Shown here: in pieces, positions 10,360-19,157 of the stretch
Position numbering within the stretch: position 1 is the first letter of the stretch
How the letters are laid out: each line of letters begins with the position of its first letter
Assembly: GCA_934086955.1 (NCBI GenBank)
Contig: CAKOIN010000004.1
Coordinates: 46,719 to 110,718 of the forward strand
DNA from: an uncultured Bacilli bacterium
GTDB taxonomy: Bacteria > Bacillota_I > Bacilli_A > RF39 > UBA660
Direction: 5' to 3'
DNA: 64,000 bases
Translations under genes and position numbers: made by a program
The notes under the pieces: model-generated
What the model was told of the DNA's origin: nothing
What the model saw: only the letters and a program-made list of their open reading frames with translations
Databases searched by the model: none

Positions 10360-11013
10360 TTATATACCATGTTTAACTTTCTTAAATATCTTATTTCCAA
10401 TTAATGCAGTAATTGCACCAAATACAACAAATACAATTATATTAATACCCCAGGAAAAAAAGAAATCTTTAGCAGCATCTACAATCAATTCAAATGTAGT
10501 TTTCTTAGGAGTTTCCGGTTTAACTACAGGATCTATTTTTTTTTCAATTTGAGCTATCGCATCATCTAATATCTCCTCTGTTAATCTATAAGATAAAAAT
10601 TTAGATGAACAAAGTTTTAATTTATCTTCGTATGGTTCACACTTTTGTGTTCTAAAAAATGAATTATAATAAGGAAGAGTAATAAATATTGTATTTAAAG
10701 TGCCTGTACAATCTCCTGAAGCTTCCACATAAACAGTTAAATATTTTCCTTCTTCTTGACCACTTAATGTGACAGCATAATTATCACTACCATTACTTAT
10801 ATACACATTTTTATTAATCATTAAATACATCCCAGGAAACACATTATAAAAAGTAACAGTAAATGTTTTACTACTCATACTATAAGATGTTTCATAAGTT
10901 ATATCACTCGCTAAACCTTTTAATTCATTATATTTTGAATCAGTACACTCTGCTTTAATAGAACCTAACATCAAAAACATACTAATAAATATTATAAATA
11001 TTTTTTTCTTCAT
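10360..11013 (-). CDS. Small secreted protein with signal peptide and C-terminal TM anchor (same topology as 9591..10280)
   Basis: ATG with AGGATGGTGA RBS; signal peptide 'MLGSIKAEC'; C-terminal 'INIIVFVVFGAITALIG' then KKVKHGI. Confidence 0.65.
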   Translation of the reverse strand: MKKKIFIIFISMFLMLGSIKAECTDSKYNELKGLASDITYETSYSMSSKTFTVTFYNVFPGMYLMINKNVYISNGSDNYAVTLSGQEEGKYLTVYVEASGDCTGTLNTIFITLPYYNSFFRTQKCEPYEDKLKLCSSKFLSYRLTEEILDDAIAQIEKKIDPVVKPETPKKTTFELIVDAAKDFFFSWGINIIVFVVFGAITALIGNKIFKKVKHGI

Positions 11014-12620
11014 TATTCACCATCCTTAATAAGTACTGCATGAACAACCATTCTTCTATTTCCTCCACCAGCACAAGTAGATAATGTTAATATTTTATCT
11101 CCGTATTCAACTGTATCTTTTGTTTTAAAACCACTTCTTTTTCTAATCATTTTAACAAAAGCATCGAAGTCTTCTTTACTATCAAAATTATCAACTAAAT
11201 AATCAGTAGTATAATCCACTCTATAAGCAGCAAATATTTTAAACTTATATGATTTAGCCGGAGTATCTAATGAAATAATCATATTTTCACTATTTTTTCT
11301 AAAGCTACTATTTAGAACTCTATGTAATGTCCCAAACATAGTTCCATTTAACATACTATGACCATAAACAATACTATTATCATCAAGTTCACTCATATTA
11401 TTTCTATAATCTAAATATATCCATCCCATACTAGTTTTCTTTTTATAGAAATCTCTTTTTAAATAATAACTATTATCAGAATGTTGTACTAAAGGATAAG
11501 ATATATTAGTACCATTAACAACTAAATAACCTACTGTTTCATTATTAATTTTTTTTAATTTAGAAAATACTTTATCAAAAGTATATTTATCTTTAACTTG
11601 TTTATCATTTAATTTCTGATCAAGTATAACTCCATCATTAGTTAATTCATCTTCGCTAACATTATCTGGTAAAGCAAAAGAACTATTTATTATTTCTTGA
11701 TTAACTTCATCTATACTCATCTTTTCTATATATTCATATGATTTATATATAAGTAAACAAACAACACTTACATATACAGCCATTATAGATATAAGTTTTA
11801 AATTATTAAATGTTAATTGTTTAAACAAATTATTTCTTAAAAAATCATTTGAATATAATATTCTAAATTCACATGTATAATCTTCTTTACATTTCTTATT
11901 TAATTCTTTTAACCATGCAAAATTATTTACTATAAAGTTACCTTTATCTTTTCCTTGATGTAAAAACACTATTATATTTCTTGCTTCATCATTTTTAACT
12001 AAATCTATTACATTACTTATTAATTCCTTAGAAAATACATAAATATGTATTGATTTTAAATTATAATTAATTCTTAAGAATTCTTTTATATCATCAAGTA
12101 AACCAGGATATTCTTCTCTTATTTCTAACATCTTTCTATAATACAATGTTTCATAATCAAAAGAATCCTGTGATATCATAAATCTATCACTTACTTTATT
12201 ACGATTATATAAATTAACTACAACACCTTTATCATTAAATTTATCTTTAATAAAAGATGGCATAAAATAACAATCTATTTGTTTTAAAGTATTAACTGTT
12301 AAAAATAATTCATAATCATTTAAACCAATAGTGGATGGAATATCTAATTTTAAATATTTCATCTTAAGTCTTATCATCATAATAACTACATATTTAAATG
12401 TAACTAATCTTCTTACATTCATAGTATCTAAATTATTATAATTTTCTTTTATTTTATTAATTATCTTTTCATAGTTATTACTGTAATATCTCATAGAATA
12501 ATATAAAGTATTATCATTAAACTCATTTTTATTAACAAATTTAGATAATGATTCATCAATAGACTTAAAATCATATGTAAGTACATTATCTTTAATTGAA
12601 ATAATTAAATACTCTTTCAT
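11013..12620 (-). CDS. srtB: Class B sortase with a roughly 300-aa N-terminal extension and internal TM segment
   Basis: Catalytic motifs 'SIVYGHSM' (His) and 'ILTLSTCAGGGNRRMVVHAVL' (TLSTC Cys plus Arg), which is class-B-like; AGGAGA RBS. Confidence 0.7.
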   Translation of the reverse strand: MKEYLIISIKDNVLTYDFKSIDESLSKFVNKNEFNDNTLYYSMRYYSNNYEKIINKIKENYNNLDTMNVRRLVTFKYVVIMMIRLKMKYLKLDIPSTIGLNDYELFLTVNTLKQIDCYFMPSFIKDKFNDKGVVVNLYNRNKVSDRFMISQDSFDYETLYYRKMLEIREEYPGLLDDIKEFLRINYNLKSIHIYVFSKELISNVIDLVKNDEARNIIVFLHQGKDKGNFIVNNFAWLKELNKKCKEDYTCEFRILYSNDFLRNNLFKQLTFNNLKLISIMAVYVSVVCLLIYKSYEYIEKMSIDEVNQEIINSSFALPDNVSEDELTNDGVILDQKLNDKQVKDKYTFDKVFSKLKKINNETVGYLVVNGTNISYPLVQHSDNSYYLKRDFYKKKTSMGWIYLDYRNNMSELDDNSIVYGHSMLNGTMFGTLHRVLNSSFRKNSENMIISLDTPAKSYKFKIFAAYRVDYTTDYLVDNFDSKEDFDAFVKMIRKRSGFKTKDTVEYGDKILTLSTCAGGGNRRMVVHAVLIKDGE

Positions 12621-12689
12621 ATCCTATTCTCCTATTAAAATAATTTTATCACAAAAACAATTAAAAAAAAATAGATTAAATATATAAAT

Positions 12690-13808
12690 TTAACCTATTC
12701 TAAATGCTGGTGAAACTCCACCTAACCCATTTGGCTCAGTACCTAGCCAACCACCATGACTATATACTAAATAAAAAGTATCATTTAAACAAGAAAAAGT
12801 TGAACGAAGCCACCACCAAGTAGCAACAGTTCCTTTTTTCTTTATTGCACCACTATAACTATCTGTAGTAACTCCTAAATTTTGATAATAATCTAACTGT
12901 CTTGTTAAATTACTTGTAGTATCATAATCTATTGTACTTGTTGTTCCTTGTTCCCATACCTCTACTGTACTAAGTAAATATAATTTATCTATTGATACAA
13001 AATTATCTGTATCTTCACTTCCATGACCAGAAACCACTCTAGTATCTATTATTACACTCTTTAAATCATTTGGTAGTGCATTATATATATCGTTATTTAC
13101 AAATAAATACAAGTTTGATGCAGGCCATCCATCCTTATTCCACCCTTGATAATAATTTTTCCCTTTATAAATACCACCAGGATTCATAATATGAGTAGTT
13201 ATTATATCTGCAAACTCAATAACAAATCCACAAGCTGTTTGTGAGAAACCTTCTGTTGAACATTCACTTGGTGTTGATACATTTGCTATTCTTACTGTAT
13301 GTGTACCATAAGTTCCTAAATCTATCTCTTTTGTATCTCCTACATTATAACCTTCAATATCAGAATTTCTAACATTATCTACTATTGTTTCCCATGAATC
13401 GTTTTTAAATGATTTTTTTAATTTTTGACACTCACCTTCAGTAATCTTGTCAATTGTTAATTCACTTAAATTTTTAAATTTTCCACTTAAACAATATGTA
13501 TCATTACTTACTTGAAAATCTTTAATATTGCCTTTGCTGTCTAATTTAATATTGTAATCTAAATTATTTGAGTCTAAATCCAACTTATTACTTGAATTAG
13601 ATATATTGTTAACTTTATTACCCTTCATATTTTCAGATATATATTTTTTAGATACTTCTTTATATATAGTTTTAGCTTCTGTTAAAAACACATCTTTCTT
13701 AGCTTGATTAAACATATTAAGTACATTAGGAAGAGCTATAATAACAAGTAAAGCAAGTATTGCTATAACAGCTAATAATTCTACAAGAGTAAAACCATTT
13801 TTATTCAT
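12690..13808 (-). CDS. Type IV pilin/pseudopilin-like protein (class III signal peptide) with a 340-aa globular C-terminal region
   Basis: N-terminus 'MNKNGFTLVELLAVIAILALLVIIALP' is the prepilin-peptidase cleavage/N-methylation motif (G/F-T-L-V-E); GAGGTG RBS. Confidence 0.75.
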   Translation of the reverse strand: MNKNGFTLVELLAVIAILALLVIIALPNVLNMFNQAKKDVFLTEAKTIYKEVSKKYISENMKGNKVNNISNSSNKLDLDSNNLDYNIKLDSKGNIKDFQVSNDTYCLSGKFKNLSELTIDKITEGECQKLKKSFKNDSWETIVDNVRNSDIEGYNVGDTKEIDLGTYGTHTVRIANVSTPSECSTEGFSQTACGFVIEFADIITTHIMNPGGIYKGKNYYQGWNKDGWPASNLYLFVNNDIYNALPNDLKSVIIDTRVVSGHGSEDTDNFVSIDKLYLLSTVEVWEQGTTSTIDYDTTSNLTRQLDYYQNLGVTTDSYSGAIKKKGTVATWWWLRSTFSCLNDTFYLVYSHGGWLGTEPNGLGGVSPAFRIG

Positions 13809-13860
13809 ATATACACCTCTACCATAAACATTATATAATCAATTATTTAAATATTCAATT

Positions 13861-13891
13861 ACAATAAAAAAGAAATCAATTAAGATTTCTA
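13861..13891 (-). terminator. Terminator after the 13889..14404 membrane-protein gene, separating it from the pilin/sortase operon
   Basis: agaaatc-ttaatt-gatttct overlapping the TAG stop, followed on minus by UUUUUUAUU. Confidence 0.5.
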
Positions 13892-14404
13892 TTCAATATC
13901 ATACTTTGATACTAATTTATTAAATACTTTATAATCAACCATTTTAAGTTCACTACTCATAGCTTCAATACCTTTTCCATCTTTTATATATATAAATAAC
14001 GGAGCTGAATTTATTTGATCCTTTATTTCAGGAAATCTCTTTCTTAAAGTTTCAATATATTTATCATCCTTACTATTAGTAACATCCCAATATATTATTT
14101 TATCAGTAAGATTCTTGTTTTCTATTTCTTTATATAATCTACTTTCTATATTATTTATATCAGAAGAACCAGTATAACTTACATAAAGTATTACTTCACT
14201 ACCAACTTCACTTAAAGCATAACTAAAATCATCTGTATTTATTTGACTTATTTTTTGATTATTAAATACACTTTCATTAATTTTACTGTTTTTATAATTC
14301 AGATAAAAATTTCTAGCATACAATATAACTACCATAATAAGTACTGATACTACTATAACAATAAAATAATTACGACTTGGTATTTCTTTTCTCTTTTTTT
14401 CCAT
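13889..14404 (-). CDS. Membrane-anchored hypothetical protein
   Basis: Start moved to the internal ATG (MEKKRK), which has a GGAGAG RBS; the first ATG has none. TM 'YFIVIVVSVLIMVVILY'. Confidence 0.55.
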   Translation of the reverse strand: MEKKRKEIPSRNYFIVIVVSVLIMVVILYARNFYLNYKNSKINESVFNNQKISQINTDDFSYALSEVGSEVILYVSYTGSSDINNIESRLYKEIENKNLTDKIIYWDVTNSKDDKYIETLRKRFPEIKDQINSAPLFIYIKDGKGIEAMSSELKMVDYKVFNKLVSKYDIE

Positions 14405-14549
14405 ATAAGTCTCTCCATTCTTATAAATCAATTTTAACATAAAATAATTTATATTTCAAATGCTTTACATAAATTTTAACATATTAATATAAAGTATGAT
14501 TTTAGTATTATATTTATTAAATAATATAGAAAAAAATATACTTTTATAT

Positions 14550-14555
14550 TATAAT
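14550..14555 (+). promoter_or_regulatory. Candidate -10 box (TATAAT) for the HD-hydrolase gene in the divergent intergenic region
   Basis: TATAAT about 19 nt upstream of the ATG with an AATGAGG RBS between; no convincing -35 element. Confidence 0.25.
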
Positions 14556-14574
14556 CTTAAATGAGGTTTTATTT

Positions 14575-15144
14575 ATGCATACAGATTTTAATAAAGAAAT
14601 AAGTTATATAAAAAATGAAAGAATAAGAAATAGTTTGATAACAATATTAGATTTATTACCAGAATATTTCTATCAAATACCAGCATCATCTACTGGTAAA
14701 TATCATCCTGAATTTACTCTTGGTGAAAAAGGTTTAGTAAGACATACAAAAGCAGCTGTTAGAATTGCTTATGAGTTATTACAAGACTCATCTGTAAATA
14801 ATTTTACAGACGATGAAAAGGATTTACTACTATTTGCATTAACTGTACATGATGGTCTTAAAAATGGTAGAGAACATGGCAAATATACTGCATTTGATCA
14901 TCCACTTTTAATAAGTAAATTCTTAAGAGAAAATAAAGATAAACTAGAACTAACAGATAAAGAATTAGATTTAGTTTGTTCAGCAGTTGAAACACATATG
15001 GGACCATGGACAACAGATTATAATGGAAATGAAATATTACAAAAACCAAAAACAAAATACCAATGCTTTGTACATATGGCAGACTATTTAGCTAGTAGAA
15101 AGTTTTTAAATATTAAGTTTGAAAATAATGATATTGTAGATTAA
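14575..15144 (+). CDS. HD-domain phosphohydrolase
   Basis: 'GKYHPEF...VRHTKAAVRIAYELL...TVHDGLKNG' carries the H...HD...H..D metal-binding pattern; RBS AATGAGG. Confidence 0.65.
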   Translation: MHTDFNKEISYIKNERIRNSLITILDLLPEYFYQIPASSTGKYHPEFTLGEKGLVRHTKAAVRIAYELLQDSSVNNFTDDEKDLLLFALTVHDGLKNGREHGKYTAFDHPLLISKFLRENKDKLELTDKELDLVCSAVETHMGPWTTDYNGNEILQKPKTKYQCFVHMADYLASRKFLNIKFENNDIVD

Positions 15145-15146
15145 AA

Positions 15147-15179
15147 GGAAGTGATTTTAAAATCACTTCCTTTTTTAAT
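15147..15179 (+). terminator. Bidirectional rho-independent terminator between the convergent HD-hydrolase gene and the 865-aa gene/small ORF
   Basis: Perfect palindrome ggaagtgat-tttaaa-atcacttcc followed by TTTTTT; the preceding TTAAAA provides a weak T-run for the minus strand. Confidence 0.6.
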
Positions 15180-15342
15180 AATAAATTTCTTCTTTCTTAT
15201 TAATATTTATCTTTTTAAACAATTCATTATATTCATTTACTTCTTGAGCTTTTTTTATAGAACAATAATTACTAATAAGTTTTTTACATATACCTTTATC
15301 TTTTTTTAATTCTTGTATTTTTTCTTTAATCTTACTATTCAT
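15175..15342 (-). CDS. Possible 55-aa small ORF (MNSKIKEKIQELKKDKGICKKLISNYCSIKKAQEVNEYNELFKKININKKEEIYY) coupled to the upstream 865-aa gene
   Basis: ATG 6 nt after AGGTGG, which lies inside the end of the 865-aa gene; open to TAA just before the bidirectional terminator. Below the ORF-track size cutoff. Confidence 0.25.
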   Translation of the reverse strand: MNSKIKEKIQELKKDKGICKKLISNYCSIKKAQEVNEYNELFKKININKKEEIYY

Positions 15343-15345
15343 AAT

Positions 15346-17943
15346 TTACCACCTACCCTCAACATAAACAACTTTTAAATTATTAGTTTTAGCAATATTG
15401 ATTATATCATCAGTAAGTTTACCTACTACTACAATGAACTCAGCTTTCATATTAACTTTATTTTTATTATCTTTATTAACCTTAATACAAGTTCCATTCT
15501 TAGAATCACTTAATCTTATACTATATTCATCACTTAATTTATTATAACAATAACAATTTAATGATAATAACGAAACATTAACATACTTATAATTAATACC
15601 ATCATCACTCTCTGAACATAATACTTTAAAGTCTTGACCTACTACTGTATAAATATCAACACCATTCTTATTTTCATATTTAACCATATCAGGACTATCT
15701 TTATAAAGATCAATAATATCATCAATACCAACTAAATTATTATTAATAATATTTCTCATATATTTTTTAATTTTATTAAAGAAATTAATACTAAACATAA
15801 CATTTCTCTTATATTTATCATTCATTAAATTATTAATATATTCAAATACTATATCAATAGATAACTTATCAAACATAACATTTAATAATGATAAAAATAA
15901 TACTTCTTCTTCACTAAATACTTTTGAACCATCTATTTCAAAAGATTCAATTGAATCTATATCAAATGTATCAATAATTTGTTTTATAGTTGATACCTCA
16001 AGAAAACCATGATTACCTTGAATATCATATGATTTATTAAATAAATAACTACATAATAAATTAGAATAAATACTTATATCACTATCTTTAAGCATAGATA
16101 GTTCACTAACAAATTTCTTAATTAAAGTTAATTCATAACTTGGTAATTGACCTCTTCTAGTAATATTATTAAAGTTACCAAATGAAGATAAAACATCAAC
16201 CAAAGCAGTTATTTCCTCATCACTTAAATCACAATCAACAACATCACTTAATAACTCTTTATAATAAGTAAAGTTTTCAACTGCTCTAAATAATGATTCC
16301 TTAGATTCACCATATATATCAAATATAATTTCTAAATAAAACTTAAATAATTTTAAACTACTCTCATTCTTTACAATAAATAATAAAGTACTAAAATTAG
16401 TAAAATTATAACTATTAAAATCACTCAGTAAATTAAATGGTATAAAAGATAATCTATCATCAAATATCTCAAGTGAAAATGTATCATATAATGATTTATT
16501 CAAATTAACAGTTCTCTTATATGCATTAGTTAATATTTCATTTAATAATTTACTAGTAACTTTCCTTGTTCTATCATTTTCTTTACCCTTATAAAACATT
16601 GACATACCAATAAATAAACTAACTTTATCAAAAGAATTATTTAACATTATTTTCTTATTAAATAATATTTTAAATAAATCAAAAACAGCATTATAATCCT
16701 TAGTAAAATCATAAGAATTTATATTACTTAAATATTCATCAAATATTTTATTTATAACCTTATAATATTTATTATATATTTCTTCATCATCATAATAAGC
16801 TTTAAATAAATTTAAACATCTAAAATCACAATCAATAACTATCTTTTCTTTATCTCTACTACTAGTATTATCATTATATACTGGAGCTATATAAGGTAAA
16901 ACATAATTAACATCAATATTTATTAATGGTATCATTTGATCAATACTAAGACTTTGAATAGATTTAATAAGTCTCTTAGTATATTGATAAGTTATATCAT
17001 TACTTTTAGGATCAAATCTAAATAATTTACCTTTAGCATTAAATAATCCTTTATCAACCATAATATTAACTATATCTTTAACAGATTTATTTTCTATATC
17101 AGATATAACTTCATATATAATTTCTATACTTTTATCTTCTTCTCTTTTAAAAGATGAAATATTAATATATTTTAATAAATCAATATCATATTTTAATAGT
17201 TCAACAACAGTTTGACTACTTATATAATTTATCATATATGGATATCTACTTATATATTCACATTTTATATCAATAGAAGCATCATTTAATAAAGAATTAT
17301 CTTCTTTAATCTTTTTTATTTCTTCATCAATATATTTCTTTTTAGCATCTCCATTTATATACATTATATAATCTTTATTAAGTGAATATTTATCTTGTAC
17401 ATCTTGAGGAGCATACTTAATTAATGAAGCCTCAGCTTTAACAATATATTCCCACTGTCTACTAGTAAATTTGCTAGATACTTCTTTAATTAATTCTTCT
17501 GTTTCTTTAGGATTAGATTTAAATAATATCGCTATAACTGTTCTTAAATCATCCATATATAATTTTAAAATATCTTCTTTTTGTTGAAAATATATTTTTA
17601 AATAACTATTATATTCTTCTTCATCCATATTCATAGAAGTAGCATTCATGAAAAATTTATTATCTTTCATCCAATCAGAAACAAGAGACTTTCTTGCTTC
17701 AACACTACCACTTCTAAACATAGAAAGATTACTATTAATTCTCGATTTTTGAAAATCAACAGGTAAAATTCTTATTAAAGATGGATATTTAAAAAATAAG
17801 AAACTAAGTACAATTTCATTATTGGTAAATTCTTTGTTATCTAAATAAGCTTGTTCAACTTCTTTATCACTCTTTCCTTCTAAGCTTTTTACAAATGCAT
17901 TAGCTCTTTTTTGAAGTTGTCTCATTTTCATTTCTTTAAACAT
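15346..17943 (-). CDS. 865-aa hypothetical protein, Asn/Lys/Ile-rich, with no signal peptide or recognisable motif
   Basis: Long ORF, ATG start with AGAGGT RBS. Confidence 0.7.
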   Translation of the reverse strand: MFKEMKMRQLQKRANAFVKSLEGKSDKEVEQAYLDNKEFTNNEIVLSFLFFKYPSLIRILPVDFQKSRINSNLSMFRSGSVEARKSLVSDWMKDNKFFMNATSMNMDEEEYNSYLKIYFQQKEDILKLYMDDLRTVIAILFKSNPKETEELIKEVSSKFTSRQWEYIVKAEASLIKYAPQDVQDKYSLNKDYIMYINGDAKKKYIDEEIKKIKEDNSLLNDASIDIKCEYISRYPYMINYISSQTVVELLKYDIDLLKYINISSFKREEDKSIEIIYEVISDIENKSVKDIVNIMVDKGLFNAKGKLFRFDPKSNDITYQYTKRLIKSIQSLSIDQMIPLINIDVNYVLPYIAPVYNDNTSSRDKEKIVIDCDFRCLNLFKAYYDDEEIYNKYYKVINKIFDEYLSNINSYDFTKDYNAVFDLFKILFNKKIMLNNSFDKVSLFIGMSMFYKGKENDRTRKVTSKLLNEILTNAYKRTVNLNKSLYDTFSLEIFDDRLSFIPFNLLSDFNSYNFTNFSTLLFIVKNESSLKLFKFYLEIIFDIYGESKESLFRAVENFTYYKELLSDVVDCDLSDEEITALVDVLSSFGNFNNITRRGQLPSYELTLIKKFVSELSMLKDSDISIYSNLLCSYLFNKSYDIQGNHGFLEVSTIKQIIDTFDIDSIESFEIDGSKVFSEEEVLFLSLLNVMFDKLSIDIVFEYINNLMNDKYKRNVMFSINFFNKIKKYMRNIINNNLVGIDDIIDLYKDSPDMVKYENKNGVDIYTVVGQDFKVLCSESDDGINYKYVNVSLLSLNCYCYNKLSDEYSIRLSDSKNGTCIKVNKDNKNKVNMKAEFIVVVGKLTDDIINIAKTNNLKVVYVEGRW

Positions 17944-18052
17944 ATCCCTAACCTCTTTATTCTAAAAAGATTATATCATATATTTTATAGACTTTACATA
18001 GTAACATTGACTTTTTAATAAAATATTTATATATTTATTATAGAGGTGGAAC

Positions 18053-18811
18053 ATGGAAAATAGCAAATTCAGAGCTACTCAAGAAGACATAGATATGAGT
18101 GCAATTAATACAATGTTTAACAGAAGAGATACACAAAGAGTTGTCGAAAATTATGAAGCAAGTATGCGAACTAGCAACAATAATAGAAGAAGACCTAGAA
18201 GAAGAGTTACAAATGCTAAAAAGTTTTTAACAGCAATAGCTGCTTTAGCAATGGCTGGTGGTATAACAATCGGAGCATTCGTAAATCAAACAATAAATGA
18301 TATGCCAAAAGGTTCTTTAAATAGTATTAGTGGTCAAATTGGAGAAATAGTTTTTGTAAAAGGTGATGATTTTATAGAGGGACTTGATAGAACTGATGTA
18401 AGTATATTATCACAAAACACAAAAAGAAATGCAATTGACTATTATTATAATCACGAAGGTATAGCAAAAGACTTATTAAAATTAGATGATGAATTACTTG
18501 ATATAGGATTCTGCTCTGTATGTGAAAATATGGCTGAAAACAAATATAATAAAGTCGGTCCAAATAAAGAAACAAATGTTGATTTAGTAATAGAAAATAT
18601 TAAGAGATTAGCACCCGAAGGAAGTTATGCTGAAGAATCATTCGGAGATGTTGATAATCTTGATGAATGGTTACTTAAAAATCATTTCGTAGATAAAGAA
18701 GGAAAACCAAGCTTAAGAGATGCAATTGATTTCTACTCTCTTAGAGTTAATGATTATATTCCAATAATTGAAGCTGAAAAACAAGCGAAAGAAGGTGCAA
18801 AACTACAATGA
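18053..18811 (+). CDS. Hypothetical bitopic membrane protein (Arg-rich cytoplasmic N-terminus, one TM, 180-aa extracytoplasmic domain)
   Basis: ATG start; 'NNNRRRPRRRVTNAKKFLTAIAALAMAGGITIGAFV' TM segment. Confidence 0.6.
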   Translation: MENSKFRATQEDIDMSAINTMFNRRDTQRVVENYEASMRTSNNNRRRPRRRVTNAKKFLTAIAALAMAGGITIGAFVNQTINDMPKGSLNSISGQIGEIVFVKGDDFIEGLDRTDVSILSQNTKRNAIDYYYNHEGIAKDLLKLDDELLDIGFCSVCENMAENKYNKVGPNKETNVDLVIENIKRLAPEGSYAEESFGDVDNLDEWLLKNHFVDKEGKPSLRDAIDFYSLRVNDYIPIIEAEKQAKEGAKLQ

Positions 18812-19044
18812 TAGTAAACACAGTAGAAATAGATGGTAAAGAATATGATGAATTAGATGTTATTACAATTAATGACACTAAATATGCATATCTATCAAGC
18901 ATAAATGATGAACTAGATATATTAATACAAAGAATAGTAACAAAAAATGATGAAGAATATTATGAAGCATTAGATTCAAAAGAAGAATTTGAAAATGCTC
19001 TTAAAGAATTCTATAAAAAACATAAAGATATAATTAAAAACTAA
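18808..19044 (+). CDS. Small acidic hypothetical protein (78 aa), translationally coupled to 18053..18811
   Basis: ATGA overlap with the upstream gene; followed by a terminator hairpin. Confidence 0.5.
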   Translation: MIVNTVEIDGKEYDELDVITINDTKYAYLSSINDELDILIQRIVTKNDEEYYEALDSKEEFENALKEFYKKHKDIIKN

Positions 19045-19046
19045 AC

Positions 19047-19080
19047 AAAAAAATCTTTCTTAATTGAAAGATTTTATTTT
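19047..19080 (+). terminator. Rho-independent terminator after 18808..19044
   Basis: aaatctttc-ttaatt-gaaagattt then TATTTT. Confidence 0.5.
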
Positions 19081-19107
19081 GCTTAAATATAACTAATTAA
19101 ACTAACA

Positions 19108-19143
19108 AAATATAAAAGACAAGTTATTTGTTAATAACTTGTC
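19108..19143 (-). terminator. Putative terminator after pcrA
   Basis: gacaagttatt-tgtt-aataacttgtc (11-bp stem), preceded on plus by AAATATAAAA, which is the T-run on minus. Confidence 0.4.
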
Positions 19144-19157
19144 AATATACAATTAAT

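Noticed and set aside
10344-10375. Hairpin aaacatg...catgttt at the 3' end of gene 10360..11013
   Set aside because: One arm lies inside the coding sequence, it has a 14-nt loop and no clear U-run, so it was not called as a terminator.
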